Below the pieces are notes generated by a model, which saw only the letters and a list, made by a program, of their open reading frames with translations, was not told the origin of the DNA and did not search any database. This document shows, one piece after another, positions 19,452 to 30,085 of a DNA stretch of 64,000 nt. The stretch comes from Longimicrobiales bacterium (lineage in GTDB: Bacteria; Gemmatimonadota; Gemmatimonadetes; Longimicrobiales; Gaopeijiaceae): contig CAXXKM010000003.1 in NCBI GenBank assembly GCA_963664435.2, positions 480,001 through 544,000 on the forward strand. Reading direction: 5' to 3'. Every line of letters begins with the position of its first letter. Positions within the stretch are counted from its first letter, which is position 1. The position numbers were made by a program, and so were the translations under genes.

Positions 19452-20822
19452 TCAGGTCGACTCCTCCGCGGCCTCGCCGGCCACCCCCTTACCTTCCGGC
19501 CGCCGGATCCAGCCGATCACCAGCCAGGTGGCGCCCATCACCGCCAGCATCAGCGCCACCAGGGCCAGGGTGCGCGCCAGCAACCCCAGGTCGAAGACCG
19601 GCCAGCGGAACGTGTACTGGGTGAGCACGCCCCACCGCTCCGTCATCCAGTGCCACGCCGTGTGCGCCACCAGGGCGGAGAGCAGGATGTTGCCGATCTT
19701 TTCCCTGATCGCGAAGCGGTAGAGCAGTTCCAGCGCCGGCACGATGACCAGGAGCGCGGCGAGCTGACCCAGCTCCACCCCGACGTTGAAGGCCAGCAGC
19801 GAGGTCACGAGGTGCGACCCCGCGAACTGCATGGTTTCGCGCAGCGCGAAGGAGAAGCCGAAGCCGTGGGCCAGGCCGAAGGCGAAGGTGATGATCCAGC
19901 GGGTCTTCACCTTGGTGCCCACGATGTTCTCGAGCGCCATGTAGACGATCGACGCGGCGATCAGGGTCTCGACCAGCGGCGGAAACCAGAGCGTGTTGGG
20001 CGCGAAGTTGAAGGCGGAGGCCGCCAGCGTCACCGAGTGCGCCACCGTGAAGGCGGTCACGAGAATCACCAGCGACCGCAACTTGCGCAGCGGCGCGACC
20101 AGGCAGAGCAGGAAGAGCAGGTGGTCGATGCCGTCCAGGATGTGCTGGAAGCCGAGCACGACGAAACGCCACGCCGCCTGGTGCCAGCGGGGGTCCAGGC
20201 GCACCACGCCGGGATGGCCCGTGTACTGGTAGAGCCGCTCCGCGCCCTCCGCGGGCAGGAAGCGCAGGATCGTGTTCACCCGCAGCGCCAGCCGCTCCAA
20301 CCCCGGATCGATCGAGAAATCGGCGTCGGCCGAGGTGATGGGGTACTCGAAGAGGACATCGAGCAGAGCCTGCTGCCAGACGAGCTGGGTCTCGGGAGCA
20401 AGCGGCGGGCCGGTTACGTGCGCCAGCGCGGCCTCGTAGCTCGTGAACGAGCGGTCCGACGGTATGGACACCACCGCCGCCACGAGCTCGGGAACGGGAA
20501 GCAGCTCCCCGTTCTCGAAGAGCTGCAGTGGATTGCCGATCCAGAGCATCGCCCCCTGCCGGATCTCGTCCTCGGCTTCGGGAATGTCGAGATAGCCCGG
20601 CCCGAAAGTCGGGAAGACGATGTCCTGCATGGTGTTGAGCGGCACCCGCACCAGGAGCCTCAGGCGGTCGCCCTCGGGCTTCACGAACATGCGCACGATG
20701 GCGTCGGCGGGGATGTCGTGGGGCACGGGAGCCCCTTCGAGCGGCGCGGACGGGCGCGTCAGGCTCGCCACCCCCGCGACGACGAGGGCGAGACCGACGA
20801 TGGCAAGGCGGGTTCTGCGCAT
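19452..20822 (-). CDS. HupE/UreJ-family membrane protein with periplasmic N-terminal domain
   Basis: Signal peptide followed by HDIP; G..HIL.GIDHLLF, TAFTVAHSVTL, FGLAHGFGF, FNVGVELGQ. Confidence 0.85.
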   Translation of the reverse strand: MRRTRLAIVGLALVVAGVASLTRPSAPLEGAPVPHDIPADAIVRMFVKPEGDRLRLLVRVPLNTMQDIVFPTFGPGYLDIPEAEDEIRQGAMLWIGNPLQLFENGELLPVPELVAAVVSIPSDRSFTSYEAALAHVTGPPLAPETQLVWQQALLDVLFEYPITSADADFSIDPGLERLALRVNTILRFLPAEGAERLYQYTGHPGVVRLDPRWHQAAWRFVVLGFQHILDGIDHLLFLLCLVAPLRKLRSLVILVTAFTVAHSVTLAASAFNFAPNTLWFPPLVETLIAASIVYMALENIVGTKVKTRWIITFAFGLAHGFGFSFALRETMQFAGSHLVTSLLAFNVGVELGQLAALLVIVPALELLYRFAIREKIGNILLSALVAHTAWHWMTERWGVLTQYTFRWPVFDLGLLARTLALVALMLAVMGATWLVIGWIRRPEGKGVAGEAAEEST

Positions 20823-21056
20823 GGATGCCTGGAAGATGGGGCGCGCCGCGATCCTGGTGAACACGCCGCGGCGGACTGCGCCGCCGGCGGCCGGATCGGG
20901 AATCGTAACCGGCCGGGCGTCGCCCGAACAAGCCGCGGCTCAGGGGCCCCGCGGACATGTGCGCGCGCGGCTTCGAAGCCGTATACTGGTAGTCTGCATG
21001 CCGCGGATCCCTCGCAGCGCTGGACATCCAGTCTTTTCGACAAAGGAGATGAAGGG

Positions 21057-22259
21057 ATGAGACGAACACGCGACCTTCTTGCCGGAGCGATTCTCGTCGC
21101 CCTCGCGGCGGCCTGCGCCGATGCCGGCACGCAGTCGGCCCAGATGTCGATGGACATGGACGGAGGCGACGGCATGGCGCCGATGTTCGAGGTCGACCCC
21201 TTCTGGCCCAGGCCTCTGCCGAACCACTGGCTGCTGGGCGCAACCATCGGCGTGGCGGTCGATTCGCGCGATCACGTCTACATCGTGCACCGCAACACTC
21301 CGGACCAGTTCGCGGCGCGCACCGAGATCGGGCTCGCCCAGGACCCGCCGCTCAGCGAGTGCTGCCAGCCCGCGCCGCCCGTCCTGGAGTTCGACCCCGA
21401 GGGCAACCTGGTCAACGCCTGGGGCGGACCCACCGATGACGGCGAGTACGAGTGGCCCACTTCGAACCACGGCATCGTGGTCGACCACATGGACAACGTC
21501 TGGATCGGCGGCAACGGCGGCCAGGACAACCACGTGGTGAAGTTCACCCGCGAGGGCGAGTTCCTCATGCAGATCGGCCGCTCCGGCATGCGCGAGAGCA
21601 GCATGGACACAGACAACTTCGGCCGGGTCGCCAAGATCGCCTTCGACGCCGAGGCCAACGAGGCCTACATGGCCGACGGCTACCTGAACAAGCGCGTCGT
21701 GGTGGTCGACATGGACACGGGCGAGTTCAAGCGCTTCTGGGGTGCCTACGGCAACGAGCCGGACGACAACTACGAGTTCATGCCCTATTCGCCGGACATC
21801 CCGCCCGCCCAGCAGTTCCGCGGGCCGGTACACTGCGCCGATCCGTCACGGGACGGCCTCGTATACGTGTGCGACCGCGCTTCCGACCGCATCCAGGTCT
21901 TCCAGAAGGACGGCACCTACGTGGACGAGGTGTTCATCGCGCCCGAGACCCTCTCCCAGGGCTCCACCTGGGACGTCGCCTTCTCGCCCGACCCCGAGCA
22001 GACCTACATATACGTCGCGGACGGCCAGAACATGAAGGTCTACGTCATCCTGCGCGAGACCATGGAAGTGCTGTACAGCTTCGGCGATGGCGGGCGGCAG
22101 CCCGGCCTGTTCTTCGCGGTGCACAGCATCGCCACCGACTCGCAGGGCAACATCTACACCACCGAGACATACGAGGGGAAGCGGGTGCAGAAGTTCGTCT
22201 ACCAGGGCATGGGAACGGTCACCCAGATGAACATGGGCCCCGCCTGGCCCGGCGGCTGA
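21057..22259 (+). CDS. NHL-repeat beta-propeller lipoprotein (PAL-like)
   Basis: Lipobox LAAAC; DPFWP, GVAVDSRDHVY, HGIVVD, YMADGY.N.RV, VHC, YVCDR...RIQVF, VHSIATDSQGNIY. Confidence 0.82.
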   Translation: MRRTRDLLAGAILVALAAACADAGTQSAQMSMDMDGGDGMAPMFEVDPFWPRPLPNHWLLGATIGVAVDSRDHVYIVHRNTPDQFAARTEIGLAQDPPLSECCQPAPPVLEFDPEGNLVNAWGGPTDDGEYEWPTSNHGIVVDHMDNVWIGGNGGQDNHVVKFTREGEFLMQIGRSGMRESSMDTDNFGRVAKIAFDAEANEAYMADGYLNKRVVVVDMDTGEFKRFWGAYGNEPDDNYEFMPYSPDIPPAQQFRGPVHCADPSRDGLVYVCDRASDRIQVFQKDGTYVDEVFIAPETLSQGSTWDVAFSPDPEQTYIYVADGQNMKVYVILRETMEVLYSFGDGGRQPGLFFAVHSIATDSQGNIYTTETYEGKRVQKFVYQGMGTVTQMNMGPAWPGG

Positions 22260-22282
22260 TCGTTGGATCTCTCGGCAGTTCC

Positions 22283-22320
22283 GGGCCCCTTCGCCGCCTT
22301 CGCGGAGGGGCCCTTTTTCT
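22283..22320 (+). terminator. Rho-independent terminator
   Basis: GGGCCCCTTCGC...GCGGAGGGGCCC followed by TTTTTCT. Confidence 0.75.
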
Positions 22321-22488
22321 GTCCGGTCCGCGACACGGCAGGCCCCCGGGGATTCCCGGATGAAGCTCCCCAACATTCCCGGCCTTCGGCGTGTCTTTGA
22401 AATGGCGCGCGGCGGAGGCCGCGGGGTCGGGGCCCGAATGCCCCGGTCATGGCCACAGGGAATCCTCAAATCTCCAGGATCTGAATCC

Positions 22489-24861
22489 ATGTCGATGATT
22501 AGCCGGGCTGTCTTCCTGGCGCTGGGTGTGGCGGTGGTGGTGTCTCCCGCGGCCGCGCAGGACCAGCAGCTTCAGAATCCCCCCGCCGGGGGAGCGACTG
22601 CGATCGTGCTCGAAGCCGAGCCCCTCCTTCCCGAGATGGCGGTCAACCTCGACGGCCGGGTGGATGAAGCCATCTGGGGCCGTGCGGCTCCGATCACCGA
22701 CTTCACCCAGCAGGAGCCGGTCGAGGGCGGTGTCCCCTCCCAGAAGACCGAAGTGCGGGTGCTCTTCGACCAGGACAACCTCTACATCAGCGCGATCATC
22801 TATGACGATCCGGAAGGCATTCTCGCCTACCAGATGCAGCGGGACGCCGGCCTGATGACCGATGACCGCTTCATGTGGATTCTGGACACTTTCGACGACG
22901 GTCGTACCGGCTATTTCTTCGAGATCAACGCGAACGGCCTCATGGGCGACGGCATCATCACCGGCAGCGGCGGCGGCGGACGCGGCGGCGGCGGCGGCGG
23001 CGGCGGCGGTATGAACAAGGCCTGGGACGGCATCTGGGAGGCACGCACCTTCCGCCGGCCCGACGGCTGGTCGGCGGAGATCCGGATCCCCTTCCGGACC
23101 CTCAGCTTCAACCCGGACGCCGATCGCTGGGGGATCAACTTCCAGCGCACCATCCGGCGCAACAACGAGGAGATCCTCTGGCGCGGATGGCGGCGCACCG
23201 AGGGACTCTTCAAGCCGATCTTCGCGGGCGATCTGGTCGGGGTCAGCACGCAGGAAATCCAGCGCGGCTACGGCGTGGAGCTGCGCGGCTCGGCGATCGG
23301 CAGCTGGCGCAACGTGCGCAACGCGCCAGACAACGTCGACCCCACGACCTTTCCGAGGGACATCAGCCTCGACGTCGATTACAACATCACCCCCAGCCTG
23401 CGCGCCTCGGCTTCCATCAACACCGACTTCGCCGAGGTCGAGAGCGACGAGCGGCGGGTCAACCTCACCCGCTTTCCGCAGCGTTTCCGCGAGCGGCGCT
23501 CCTTCTTCCTGGAAGGCTCCGGGGTCTTCAGCTTCGCGCCCCGCAGCGGCCCGCAGCCCTTCTTCTCCCGGCGCATCGGCCTGAACGGCGGCCAGGAGAT
23601 CCCCATCGAGTACGGCACGCGCCTGACAGGGCAGGCAGGCAGGTACGAGATCGGCTTCTACCAGATCGGAACCGGGAACCACGAGTACGCGGACACCGAG
23701 GGCATCCTCCAGGACTTCACGCGCGAACAGTTCTCGGTGGCCCGCATCAAGCGGCGCATCTTCGAGCAATCGACCATCGGGGCGATCTACACGCGGCGCG
23801 CGACGACGGCTTCGATCCCGCTGCAAGGTGAATCGGCGATTTCGCCCGCCGACCAGCATACGGCAGGGGTAGACCTCGGCTTCAACACGCGCAACTTCCT
23901 CGGCAACAAGAACCTGGAGCTGGAAGCGTTCTACGTCTGGAATTCGAATCCGGATCCCACGGTCGCCCGCACCATGACGGACCTGTCCGCGCACGGATTC
24001 CGCCTGAACCTGCCCAACGACATCTGGTCGGGGCACATCTCCTACCGGCAGTTCGGCGACGACTACAACCCCGCCATCGGTTTCGTGGCGCGCAACGACT
24101 TCCGGCGCATCGAGCCGCGCATCGGCTGGGCCCCCAGGCCATCGTCCATCGACTGGATCCGGAGCCTCGATTTCTCCGTTCAGTTCCGGCACCTGGAGGA
24201 GTTGGGCACCGGAATCGTGGAAGAGCGCGAATGGGACCTGAACCTGCTCGGCGTCCGCTTCGAAAGCGGGGACGGCTTCTCGGTCAACGCCAAGCGCGTC
24301 TACGAATTCCTCGACTACGGATACGAGATCGTGGACGGGGTCGACATCCTGGCGGGCGACTATACCAACTGGGAGTATTCGATCCGCGGCAACACCGCCG
24401 GCCGGCGGCGGGTCTCGCTCTACGGGTCCGTCAGCACCGGTGGCTTCTGGGACGGGGACCGGACCCGCTACGGCGGACGCATCTCGTTCCGGCCCAACCC
24501 GGGCATGAACATCTCGACGAACATCGAATACAACGACGCGCATCTGCCCACCGGCGACTTCACCACCAGCCTCTACGAGCTGGAGACCGAGTGGAACGCG
24601 AGCCCCTGGGTCAGCCTCACCAACCAGTTCCAGTACGACAGCCGCAGCGACATCGTGGGTCTTTTCGCGCGCCTGCGCTGGATCGTCCAGCCCGGCAACG
24701 ACGTCTACCTCGTCTACACGCACAACTGGCGCAACTGCTCGGTCGGCGTGGTTGACTCGGGATGTTCGGCCCTGGACATCAACCCGCGGGAGCGGGATCC
24801 GTGGCTGGCGACGCTCTCCAGGGGTGGCGCGATCAAGCTGAACTACACATATAGGTTCTAA
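22489..24861 (+). CDS. CBM9-like/DUF5916 outer-membrane protein
   Basis: Signal peptide; LDGRVDE..W, T.V.V.FD..NLY, LDTF.D, W.AE.RIPF, NTDFAEVE.D, E.R.FFLEG, F.SRRIG; C-terminal YTYRF barrel signal. Confidence 0.8.
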   Translation: MSMISRAVFLALGVAVVVSPAAAQDQQLQNPPAGGATAIVLEAEPLLPEMAVNLDGRVDEAIWGRAAPITDFTQQEPVEGGVPSQKTEVRVLFDQDNLYISAIIYDDPEGILAYQMQRDAGLMTDDRFMWILDTFDDGRTGYFFEINANGLMGDGIITGSGGGGRGGGGGGGGGMNKAWDGIWEARTFRRPDGWSAEIRIPFRTLSFNPDADRWGINFQRTIRRNNEEILWRGWRRTEGLFKPIFAGDLVGVSTQEIQRGYGVELRGSAIGSWRNVRNAPDNVDPTTFPRDISLDVDYNITPSLRASASINTDFAEVESDERRVNLTRFPQRFRERRSFFLEGSGVFSFAPRSGPQPFFSRRIGLNGGQEIPIEYGTRLTGQAGRYEIGFYQIGTGNHEYADTEGILQDFTREQFSVARIKRRIFEQSTIGAIYTRRATTASIPLQGESAISPADQHTAGVDLGFNTRNFLGNKNLELEAFYVWNSNPDPTVARTMTDLSAHGFRLNLPNDIWSGHISYRQFGDDYNPAIGFVARNDFRRIEPRIGWAPRPSSIDWIRSLDFSVQFRHLEELGTGIVEEREWDLNLLGVRFESGDGFSVNAKRVYEFLDYGYEIVDGVDILAGDYTNWEYSIRGNTAGRRRVSLYGSVSTGGFWDGDRTRYGGRISFRPNPGMNISTNIEYNDAHLPTGDFTTSLYELETEWNASPWVSLTNQFQYDSRSDIVGLFARLRWIVQPGNDVYLVYTHNWRNCSVGVVDSGCSALDINPRERDPWLATLSRGGAIKLNYTYRF
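22969..23010 (+). repeat. (GGC)n microsatellite encoding an in-frame poly-Gly loop
   Basis: GGCGGCGGCGGACGC followed by (GGC)8 GGT. Confidence 0.8.
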
Positions 24862-25000
24862 CGGCCCGCGGACGAACTCCCTTCGGCGTTATTCGAACGG
24901 GTTCATCCACGGACTGCCTGAGCGCCTGCTCCCGGAAGGGTTGGATCGTCGGTTCCCCGGGACGCCGGCAAGAGGAATTCCGACTTCCCGGAGAAACGCC

Positions 25001-26755
25001 ATGCGGTATTCCCGTCCCGTCCGTTCAGCCGCCGCCCTTGTCTGCCTGACCCTCGCGACCGCCTGCGCGCCACAGCCCGTGATGGAACAGGCAATGGAGC
25101 GCGGGGAAGTCCCCCTCCCGCTGACCGGGCGCTCGGTGGTGAACACCGAGATGGGGATCGTCGCGACCAACAACCCGCTGGCGTCGTCGGTCGGCGTGCA
25201 GATCCTCGAGCAGGGCGGAAACGCCATCGACGCGGCCATCGCGGCCAACTCGGCGCTCGCGCTCATGGATCCCACCTCCAACGGAATCGGCGGTGACCTG
25301 TTCGCCATCATCTACCTGGCCGAGACCGAGGAGATCTTCGGGCTGAACGCCAGCGGATGGTCGCCCGCGGCCCTCAGCGCCGAGTACCTGAAGGAGCTTG
25401 GACACGAGAGCATGCCCCGTCGCGGCATCCATTCGGTCACCGTGCCCGGGGTGATCGCGGGCTGGGACGCCATGCGCGAGCGCTTCGGCAACCTCGACTT
25501 CGGCACCATCCTGGCCCCCGCGATCTGGTACGCGGAAAACGGCTTCCCCATCCACGAGGTCACCGGGCGCATGTGGGCCGGGTCGGTCGACATGCACCAG
25601 CAGCACCCGAACAGCGCGCACACCTACCTGGTCGACGGCGAGCGCGCGCCCAAGGTGGGCGAAGTGTTCAGCAACCCGGACTTCGCGAACACTCTGCGGC
25701 GGATCGTCGCGGACGGCCGCGACGGCTACTACAAGGGCCCCACCGCCGAGGCCATCATCGCCATCTCCGACGAGTTCGACGGCACCATGACGCTCGACGA
25801 CCTGGCGGAGTACGAGCCTGAATGGACGGAGACCATCAGCACGACCTACCGCGGCTGGACGGTGCACGAGATGCCCCCCAACGGCCAGGGCATCGCCGCG
25901 CTCATGATGCTCGACCTGATGGAGAACTTCCCCCTCGGCGAGTACGGCTTCCACAGCCCCGAAGCTCTGCACGTCATGATCGAGTCCAAGAAGCTGGCCT
26001 ACGCGGACATGATCACCTACGTAGGCGATCCGCGCTTCGCCAAGGTCCCGGTCGAGGGGATGCTCGACAAGGAGCGGGCCCGGGAGCGCGCCCGGCTGAT
26101 CGACATGGACCAGGCGATGTGCTCGGTCGAGCCGTCACGTTTCGTGGGTCTCGACAACGAGGACGGCGGAGACACGATCTACCTGACCACGATCGACAAG
26201 GACGGGAACATCGTCTCCTACATCCAGAGCAACTACTCGGGCTTCGGCTCCGGACTGGTTCCGCCCGGCACGGGCTTCATGCTCCACAACCGGGGCGCGC
26301 TGTTCACGCTGGACGAGAGCCACCCCAACGTCCTCGAAGGGCACAAGCGGCCCCTCAACACCATCATTCCGGGGCTCATGGTGAACAACGAGGGCGGAGA
26401 GCGGATCGGCTTCGGCATCATGGGCGGCTTCAACCAGCCGCAGGCGCACGCGCAGTTCATCGCCAACATCGTCGACTACGGGATGAACATTCAGCAGGCG
26501 CACGAGGCGGGGCGCTTCACCAAGGGCAGCTTCGACGGCTGCGACGTCAACATGGAAGTGATGGTGCCCGAGTGGGTGCGTGCGGAGTTGACGGCCCTGG
26601 GCCACGAGATCAACGTGCGGCCCCCGCGGACCGGCGGCTTCGGCTACGGCCAGGCGGTGATGGGCGACGGCACCGGCGTGCACTACGGCGCCTCGGAGCC
26701 GCGCCACGACGGGATGGCGATGCCCCAGCCCGCGCCGGTGTTCGCGAACCGGTAG
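25001..26755 (+). CDS. ggt: Gamma-glutamyltransferase (lipoprotein)
   Basis: Lipobox LATAC; GGNAIDAAIA, GIGGD, VTVPG, PPNGQG, nucleophile Thr in GD|TIYL, GFMLHNRG, KRP..T, MGG..QPQ. Confidence 0.93.
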   Translation: MRYSRPVRSAAALVCLTLATACAPQPVMEQAMERGEVPLPLTGRSVVNTEMGIVATNNPLASSVGVQILEQGGNAIDAAIAANSALALMDPTSNGIGGDLFAIIYLAETEEIFGLNASGWSPAALSAEYLKELGHESMPRRGIHSVTVPGVIAGWDAMRERFGNLDFGTILAPAIWYAENGFPIHEVTGRMWAGSVDMHQQHPNSAHTYLVDGERAPKVGEVFSNPDFANTLRRIVADGRDGYYKGPTAEAIIAISDEFDGTMTLDDLAEYEPEWTETISTTYRGWTVHEMPPNGQGIAALMMLDLMENFPLGEYGFHSPEALHVMIESKKLAYADMITYVGDPRFAKVPVEGMLDKERARERARLIDMDQAMCSVEPSRFVGLDNEDGGDTIYLTTIDKDGNIVSYIQSNYSGFGSGLVPPGTGFMLHNRGALFTLDESHPNVLEGHKRPLNTIIPGLMVNNEGGERIGFGIMGGFNQPQAHAQFIANIVDYGMNIQQAHEAGRFTKGSFDGCDVNMEVMVPEWVRAELTALGHEINVRPPRTGGFGYGQAVMGDGTGVHYGASEPRHDGMAMPQPAPVFANR

Positions 26756-26775
26756 CCGATCACCGCGAAAGAGAC

Positions 26776-26822
26776 GAGGCCGGCTCTCCCGTTTCGCCCG
26801 GGGGAGCCGGCCTCTCCTGTTT
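26776..26822 (+). terminator. Terminator hairpin after ggt
   Basis: GAGGCCGGCTCTCCC...GGGGAGCCGGCCTC followed by TCCTGTTT. Confidence 0.55.
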
Positions 26823-26970
26823 CCGTCGTCGTTCCAGGCGGGCTAGCGCTCGCGCTCCAGGCTCCGCAGGCGCGTCTCGGTACATCCAAAAGAACCGGGT
26901 CTCGCCGCGAAGATTCCGCGACGAGACCCGGATCCGGTCGCCTGGAGCGAACGGCAGGCCGGCGGGTCGG

Positions 26971-28572
26971 CTACCGGCTGCGGGCGCTGCTGTCGGTGCT
27001 CTCGAGGAAGCGCAACGCTTCCTGATACCCCTCGAAGGAGGTCCGGCCGACCCACACTTCTTCGACGAGCGTCTCGTAGGCTTCGGTCGCGCGGTCGAAA
27101 TCACCGGTCTCGACGCTCGCGCGCGCCAGACCCAGGAGCGAACGAGGCCGCTTCGGCATGCGAAGCAGCGAGGTCTCGAACATGCCGGCGGCGTCCTCGT
27201 GGTCGTCGAAGCCGGCCAGGATCTCGCCATACAGCTCGTGCACGGGCTTGATCGGGCTCGCCGAGCCGCGCGGAGGCGCCATCGCCTCGACGGTGGCGAC
27301 CGCCTCGTCCATCAGCTCGCGGGCGGCGGCCTCGTCGCCGCGGTCGGCCTCCAGCAGCGCCGCCACCTGCCTGTACATGACGCCGGCATAGCCGTCGGAG
27401 TCAGCGTCGTCGCTGAGCGCCTCCACCGCAGCCTCCAGCGCCGTCCTGTCCCCCGTGCGCGCCGCGCTCAGCCCGGTGGCGAGCAGCTCATGGCCGGTCG
27501 ATTCGTCGGTGATGGGGAGGATCGCCCACTCTTCGGTGTCGACGATGTAGCGGGCCTTGAGGAGCGGCTCGGCGCCGCGCGGCCGGCCCTGCCCGGTCTC
27601 CTCCGAAGGACCTCCTTCGCCGAACTCCAGGAAGGTCCCGGAAGCCATGCTCTCGATGCGCCGGATCCAGAGGCGCGCCTTCTCATAGTCGCCGAGCTGG
27701 AGATCGCCGTACTGGCCCCAGTCGAGCGAGTGGGTGGCGTCGCCCATGGGCTCGCCGGGCTCCCACAGTTCGCGGGCGGCGTCGTAGGCGGACTGGTTGT
27801 GCCCGGAGACGTAGTCCCACATGCCGTGCTGGATGAAGATGTGGGTCGGCATGTGGCGCGCGTGCGAGACGGCCGGCGCGATCTCCGCAAAGCGGTGCGC
27901 GGCTTCGAGCGCCAGCGGGGCGTGCAGCGGGTCGTCGAAGGAGTGGATGGTGTAATGCACCGCCCCCGGGTGGTCGTTGTTGTCCTTGAACAGCTTGAGG
28001 GCGATGGTGCCCGCCCGGACGTTCAGGCGCCCGCTCAGGTCGCGGGTCGCGGCCACCGCGCTCAACATGGACAGGGAATAGAAGGCGGCCACCTCGGGGT
28101 CGTCCGGGTAGTCTGCGTACAGTTGCGCCATCGCCTCCATGTAGCCCACCCGGCGATCGACGTGCTCCCCGTCGCCCCAGAGGATCTCGACGGCGTTGAG
28201 GAAGCCCTTTTCGCGGTCGGTAGGGGCCTTCGCCAGCCGCTCCGCCCGCGTGGGCGCAAGGCGTTGCAGGGCCTCGCGCGGTTCCGTCGGGTCCATGCGC
28301 GAAGTCAGCGGATGGTTGTAGGCCAGCGACTCTCCCCAGTACGCCATGGCGAAGTCGGGATCCGCCTCCTGGGCCGCGTGGAACTGTTCCCGGGCCTGGA
28401 TCCAGCCGAAGCTGTGCAGGATGGCAACGCCGCGAAGGAAGTGGTCCTGCGCCTCGCCGGTCGCCGACGTGGGGAAGTCGATGACCCCCACGTTGTCGAA
28501 CTGCGCGCGCGCATGACCTGCCGCCACGGCGAGCATACAGACGGTCAACACTGCGTTCCGTACCAGCTTCAT
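26971..28572 (-). CDS. Secreted TPR-repeat protein
   Basis: Signal peptide (AHARA|Q); F.RG...LHSF, DPDFAMAYWG, HPGAVHY.IH, HARHMPTHIF; helical repeats. Confidence 0.8.
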   Translation of the reverse strand: MKLVRNAVLTVCMLAVAAGHARAQFDNVGVIDFPTSATGEAQDHFLRGVAILHSFGWIQAREQFHAAQEADPDFAMAYWGESLAYNHPLTSRMDPTEPREALQRLAPTRAERLAKAPTDREKGFLNAVEILWGDGEHVDRRVGYMEAMAQLYADYPDDPEVAAFYSLSMLSAVAATRDLSGRLNVRAGTIALKLFKDNNDHPGAVHYTIHSFDDPLHAPLALEAAHRFAEIAPAVSHARHMPTHIFIQHGMWDYVSGHNQSAYDAARELWEPGEPMGDATHSLDWGQYGDLQLGDYEKARLWIRRIESMASGTFLEFGEGGPSEETGQGRPRGAEPLLKARYIVDTEEWAILPITDESTGHELLATGLSAARTGDRTALEAAVEALSDDADSDGYAGVMYRQVAALLEADRGDEAAARELMDEAVATVEAMAPPRGSASPIKPVHELYGEILAGFDDHEDAAGMFETSLLRMPKRPRSLLGLARASVETGDFDRATEAYETLVEEVWVGRTSFEGYQEALRFLESTDSSARSR

Positions 28573-28687
28573 CGGGTGCCTCCTGCTGTAGTGACTTCCC
28601 CGGCCCTTTAACCGCCCTGCTACCCGGGGGCGTGATTCAGTATAATGCGTTGGACTCGTATTCACACGCAAAAAGAGGAGGCTGCAC

Positions 28688-29440
28688 GTGTCCGCATCTC
28701 TCGCCGGAAGCGTCGCCATCGTTACCGGAGCATCGAGCGGGATCGGCCGGGCCACCGCCATCGCGCTGGCCGAGGCGGGAGCCGCGGTCGCGGTGGCGGC
28801 GCGGCGCGGCGGCCGCCTGGACGAGCTGGTGGCGCGGATTGGGCGGGACGGGGGTCGCGCGCTGGCCGTGGTCACCGACGTGGCGGACCGCGACGCCGTG
28901 TTCGCGCTGGTGGAGCGCGCGGCCGCGGAGTTCGGTCCGGCCGACATCCTGGTGAACAACGCCGGCATCATGCCCACCTCGCCGCTCAGGGACATCCATC
29001 TGGACGACTGGCTGCGCATGGTGGACGTGAACGTGAAGGGCGTGCTGCACTGCATCGCCGCCGCGCTTCCGGCCATGCTGGAGCGCCGCCGGGGGCACAT
29101 CGTGAACGTGGGCTCGCTGGCGGGGCGGCGCCCCTTCCCGGGGGGCACCGTGTACGCGGCCACCAAGTTCGCGGTGCGCTGTCTCTCGGCCGGGATGCAG
29201 CTGGAGCTGTCGGCGGCGCACGGCATCCGCATCACCGACATCCAGCCCGGCGTGGTCGCCACCGAGCTCATGGACCACATCCCGGACGCCGAGACCCGCC
29301 AGGGGTTCATCGACCGCTGGAAGGAAAAGAAGCCGATGGCCTCCGAGGACGTGGCCGCGGCCATCCTCTATGCGGTTACGGCTCCGGCGCACGTGAACAT
29401 CAACGAGATCCTGATGCGGCCGCGCGACCAGCCGACATGA
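28688..29440 (+). CDS. SDR-family oxidoreductase
   Basis: TGASSGIG, NNAG, S..G, YAATK. Confidence 0.93.
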   Translation: MSASLAGSVAIVTGASSGIGRATAIALAEAGAAVAVAARRGGRLDELVARIGRDGGRALAVVTDVADRDAVFALVERAAAEFGPADILVNNAGIMPTSPLRDIHLDDWLRMVDVNVKGVLHCIAAALPAMLERRRGHIVNVGSLAGRRPFPGGTVYAATKFAVRCLSAGMQLELSAAHGIRITDIQPGVVATELMDHIPDAETRQGFIDRWKEKKPMASEDVAAAILYAVTAPAHVNINEILMRPRDQPT

Positions 29441-29563
29441 GCGGGCGCGGCGTGCCAGCTATCCCTCTGGCGGCCCCTCGGTGGAACGCGGCCAACCCGT
29501 GGCGAGGCCGCTCGGCGCCGACGGAAGGGACACGTTCGGCGAGGCGATCCGGCCACGATTCCT

Positions 29564-30085
29564 CTACAGGAGCAGAATCGCGAACGACAGCACGTACTGG
29601 TCCTGGACATCCTTGACGAACTCGTAACGGAACTCCACGGTGGTGTTGTCGGAGCCGATGCCGCCGACGGCGTTGAATCCACGAGCGGTCATCGTACTCG
29701 CCGCCGTACCCGCCCTGACGCTCTGCATGTGCCACCCGCCGCCGACGTAGCGGAGGAATGGAATGGGCATGATCGGAAGGGAGATGAGCAGGTTGACGTT
29801 GCCCTCCCAATACCGGCACCCGCGACAGTTGGTGGGCAAAAAGTAGTCTGCCGAAGCCGCCAGCCGCACGGGGATGGCCGGCACGCCGAACTCCAACCGG
29901 GGACCGACCCCGACCGTGCCTCCGAACACCTCCGAGGCGAAGGACAGCTGCGGCCCGGCCCGGAGCTGGCCCGATACCGTTGAAGGAGTCGAACCCGCTG
30001 CCACGACCCCGGCGAGGGCCAGGGCCGCGGCGATAACGGTCCGGCGCGCCCGGCCGGCCACGCCCTGATCCACGGGCACCGTCAT
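29564..30085 (-). CDS. Small outer-membrane beta-barrel-like protein
   Basis: Signal peptide and alternating amphipathic beta strands; ATGA overlap with the upstream peptidase stop. Confidence 0.55.
   Translation of the reverse strand: MTVPVDQGVAGRARRTVIAAALALAGVVAAGSTPSTVSGQLRAGPQLSFASEVFGGTVGVGPRLEFGVPAIPVRLAASADYFLPTNCRGCRYWEGNVNLLISLPIMPIPFLRYVGGGWHMQSVRAGTAASTMTARGFNAVGGIGSDNTTVEFRYEFVKDVQDQYVLSFAILLL

Noticed and set aside
22969..23010. (GGC)n tract as a phase-variation switch
   Set aside because: The unit is a trinucleotide, so slippage keeps the frame and only changes the length of a Gly loop.
28641..28646. TATAAT upstream of the SDR gene as a promoter
   Set aside because: There is no convincing -35 element at the right spacing, so support is too weak to list.
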